A program made the position numbers and the translations under genes. The notes under the pieces were generated by a model that saw nothing but the letters and a program-made list of their open reading frames with translations, searched no databases and was not told the origin of the DNA. Below are positions 16,392 to 18,348 of a stretch of 18,348 bases of DNA, in pieces. Each line of letters begins with the position of its first letter. Positions within the stretch are counted from its first letter, which is position 1. The stretch lies in contig JBBCAV010000400.1 in NCBI GenBank assembly GCA_051382305.1, forward strand, positions 1 to 18,348, read 5' to 3'. This DNA comes from Bdellovibrionota bacterium FG-2 (lineage in GTDB: Bacteria > Bdellovibrionota > UBA1018).

Positions 16392-17194
16392 ACTTAATGG
16401 AAAAAAAGATGGTCGAGCTTTTGACCGAACTTCGCGATAAATATAGCGTCAAGGGCGTCAAAGCCGAATTTGAAGCAGAAGGAACCCGCATGGAAGAAGC
16501 CATGCGCCTAAAAGAAATCAGCATGAAAGCTGGCCTCACGCTCACGATCAAAGTCGGCGGCTGTGAAGCCATCAAAGACATGTTCGAATGTGGGAGCCTT
16601 GGAACCGACCACGTTGTCGGACCGATGGTTGAAACCCCTTACGCACTTAAAAAATACATTGGCGCAACGAAGATCGCGTTTAACGAAGAACAGCGCAAAG
16701 AGATGGAATTTTTCATCAACGTTGAAACGATCACCACTTGCAACAACATTGAAGCGATGCTCGCCATCCCAGAAGCGGCAGACCTCACCGGTATCGTTAT
16801 CGGCCGCGTGGACCTCACAGGCTCCATGGGACTTGATCGTAACTCAGTTAATAGCAAAGAAGTCTTGGATCTCGCTTTAAAAGTAGTCGCCAAGGCAAAA
16901 GCCAAAGGCAAAAAAGTGGTCGTCGGCGGGGCCGTTTCGTATGCCTCGATGCCATTCTTTAGAGACTTCCCAAAAGGTCACCTGGACAAATTCGAAACAC
17001 GCAAAGTCGTGTTCGCCTGTCCCGGCGCTTTGGAAAATACCGAGGCTGCATTCTTGAAAGCCGTTGAATTTGAAATTCTGTGGCTCAAAAACAAGAAGGC
17101 CTTCTACGGCGCTATTCATCGCGAAGACGACGCTCGTCTGATCATGATGGAAGAGCGTTATAATAAGTCGATTGATCAACTTCACAAGAAGTAG
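16388..17194 (+). CDS. HpcH/HpaI aldolase / citrate-lyase-beta family protein
   Basis: KAEFEAEG, KVGGCEA, GPMVETPY, FINVET and VIGRVDLTGSMG resemble this TIM-barrel family; ATGA overlap with the ThDP gene. Confidence 0.75.
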   Translation: MNLMEKKMVELLTELRDKYSVKGVKAEFEAEGTRMEEAMRLKEISMKAGLTLTIKVGGCEAIKDMFECGSLGTDHVVGPMVETPYALKKYIGATKIAFNEEQRKEMEFFINVETITTCNNIEAMLAIPEAADLTGIVIGRVDLTGSMGLDRNSVNSKEVLDLALKVVAKAKAKGKKVVVGGAVSYASMPFFRDFPKGHLDKFETRKVVFACPGALENTEAAFLKAVEFEILWLKNKKAFYGAIHREDDARLIMMEERYNKSIDQLHKK

Positions 17195-17214
17195 TTTCTA
17201 GGTACATTTTCGAT

Positions 17215-17252
17215 AGGGCTCCTAGGTGTAGAACTTGGGGGCCCTTTTTTTT
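17215..17252 (+). terminator. Rho-independent terminator of the SDR-ThDP-aldolase operon
   Basis: AGGGCTCCTAGG-TGTAGAA-CTTGGGGGCCCT stem (with G-U pairs) followed by a T run, 20 nt after the stop. Confidence 0.8.
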
Positions 17253-17254
17253 GA

Positions 17255-18046
17255 TTATCTAGGCGCGGCTGCTTCCGGCATGACTAAAGCCCGTTTTTGC
17301 GCGTCGTCATTGACGAATTTGGTAGACCTGAGTTTGCGACGGAAGTCCGAGGCCTCTGAAGAGTGACTTTGAATTTGATCGACTTGCAACCAAGGGTCTT
17401 CCTTAAGGAAAAAGAGCGAAGAAGATTTCTCATCATACGAGTCAGTCAAGAACCAATCGCGAGTAATCCAATAGTATTCCTGTTTAGGATTGTTTCGCAC
17501 AAATGCAAACCTATCCGCAGGATTGACGGAGCGATCTAACAGACTATTCCCTAAGAAATGATGCTCCTTCGGAAGAAGGCCCATGAGATCCAAAATGGTC
17601 GGAGCGATATCAATCTGGCTCACGACCCAATCTTCAGCCTCTTTTGGAATTACATCTCGTAGCCCTTCGGAAGGAATAATTACAAGAGGGAGCCATGCTT
17701 GTACAATAGGCGCTTTGAGGTACTCCTGCTCCGGGGGCCAGGTTTCGGGAGAAAAAGGCGGATGATCTCCGACCAAAATCCAGATCGTATCCTTGAACAG
17801 ATCAAGCCGTTGGGTCTGCTCAAAAAAATGGCCAAAGGATTCATCGACATATTTCATAGAATTATGAATAAGCTGCCGTCGGCCAGTTCCCTCAGGGTTG
17901 GGTGGATAATTGCCAATATTTAGGAATGGATCATGATTAGTTGCCGTTAGGAGAGTCAGCAAAAAAGGCGGCTTTTCTTTAGAATCTCCCAATGAATTCT
18001 CTCGATCGTAATTTTCTAGCCTACATTCCGCACTTAGAACGCGCAA
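17255..18046 (-). pseudogene. C-terminal fragment of an LTA-synthase/sulfatase-family (alkaline phosphatase superfamily) protein
   Basis: PFLLTLLTATNHDPF, NSMKYVDESFG, TIWILVGDH and SQIDIAPTILDLMG...GNSLL motifs. The N-terminal membrane region and catalytic nucleophile segment are missing; the TTG start is unconvincing. Confidence 0.7.
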
Positions 18047-18150
18047 GTTTTCGATCTGATTGTTCTAGTATTTCAGTTGCTTAAGTTTTTGACACGGCGT
18101 TGTTGCGTAATTCCCCCTAACAAAACGGGGGGATGGACGGGAGCCGGAGC

Positions 18151-18348
18151 CTAAGGGGCCACGAAGACGAAGCCGTCTTCACTGATTTCCCTAATTCGAT
18201 AGCCGCGAGCAAGGATTTTGAGAACAGGGATGCCGACACCTTCCCAAAGATTCTTTAAGACGTATTCAGCCACTCCTACGAAGTCTTTTCCAAATCTCAC
18301 GATGCGCGTGAAGACGAGGTGGTCCCAGAACCCGCGCTTGGCACTCTC
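18151..18348 (-). CDS. Y1 HUH (IS200-like/RAYT-like) transposase, C-terminal part (partial, runs off the right edge)
   Basis: Minus frame reads ESAKRGFWDHLVFTRIVRFGKDFVGVAEYVLKNLWEG...FVAP*. FW....FTRIV...F..V..Y...N matches the catalytic-Tyr helix region of RAYT-type transposases. Not in the ORF track; the HUH motif would be outside the window. Confidence 0.6.
   Translation of the reverse strand, partial: ESAKRGFWDHLVFTRIVRFGKDFVGVAEYVLKNLWEGVGIPVLKILARGYRIREISEDGFVFVAP

Noticed and set aside
18007-18112. CGTAATT direct repeat (18007-18013, 18106-18112) as a target-site duplication or dif-like site
   Set aside because: Only 7 nt, with no element-like content between the copies and a poor match to the XerC/XerD consensus.

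Overview
Bacterial chromosomal window; the gene repertoire and protein styles suggest Bdellovibrionota/Oligoflexia (inference). It has a housekeeping core (bioY, trmB, pnp, rpsO, sigma-32-family factor) next to a surface-glycan locus. The locus is arranged as two divergent arms: (-) DPM1-like GT2, RfbH/DdhC 3-dehydrase, GT-C-like membrane protein, orphan MqsA-like regulator, GT2; (+) SDR epimerase/reductase, ThDP enzyme, HpcH/citrate-lyase-like aldolase. Together these point to a branched 3,6-dideoxy sugar pathway. Mobile DNA and decay are common: the right end of an IS66 element inserted in a frameshifted beta-helix gene, a Phd antitoxin with only a 20-codon ParE toxin stub, a truncated LTA-synthase/sulfatase fragment, and the 3' end of a Y1/RAYT-like transposase. 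The most unusual object lies between the two glycan arms: a ~1.48 kb unit (11931-13407) with no recognisable transposase, carrying one HNH-endonuclease gene (one internal amber stop). It is bounded by degenerate inverted repeats, has a nested hairpin/possible pseudoknot right after the stop codon, and contains a palindrome that recurs almost exactly as a stand-alone intergenic palindrome downstream of pnp. All calls come from reading the sequence; no database searches were run.
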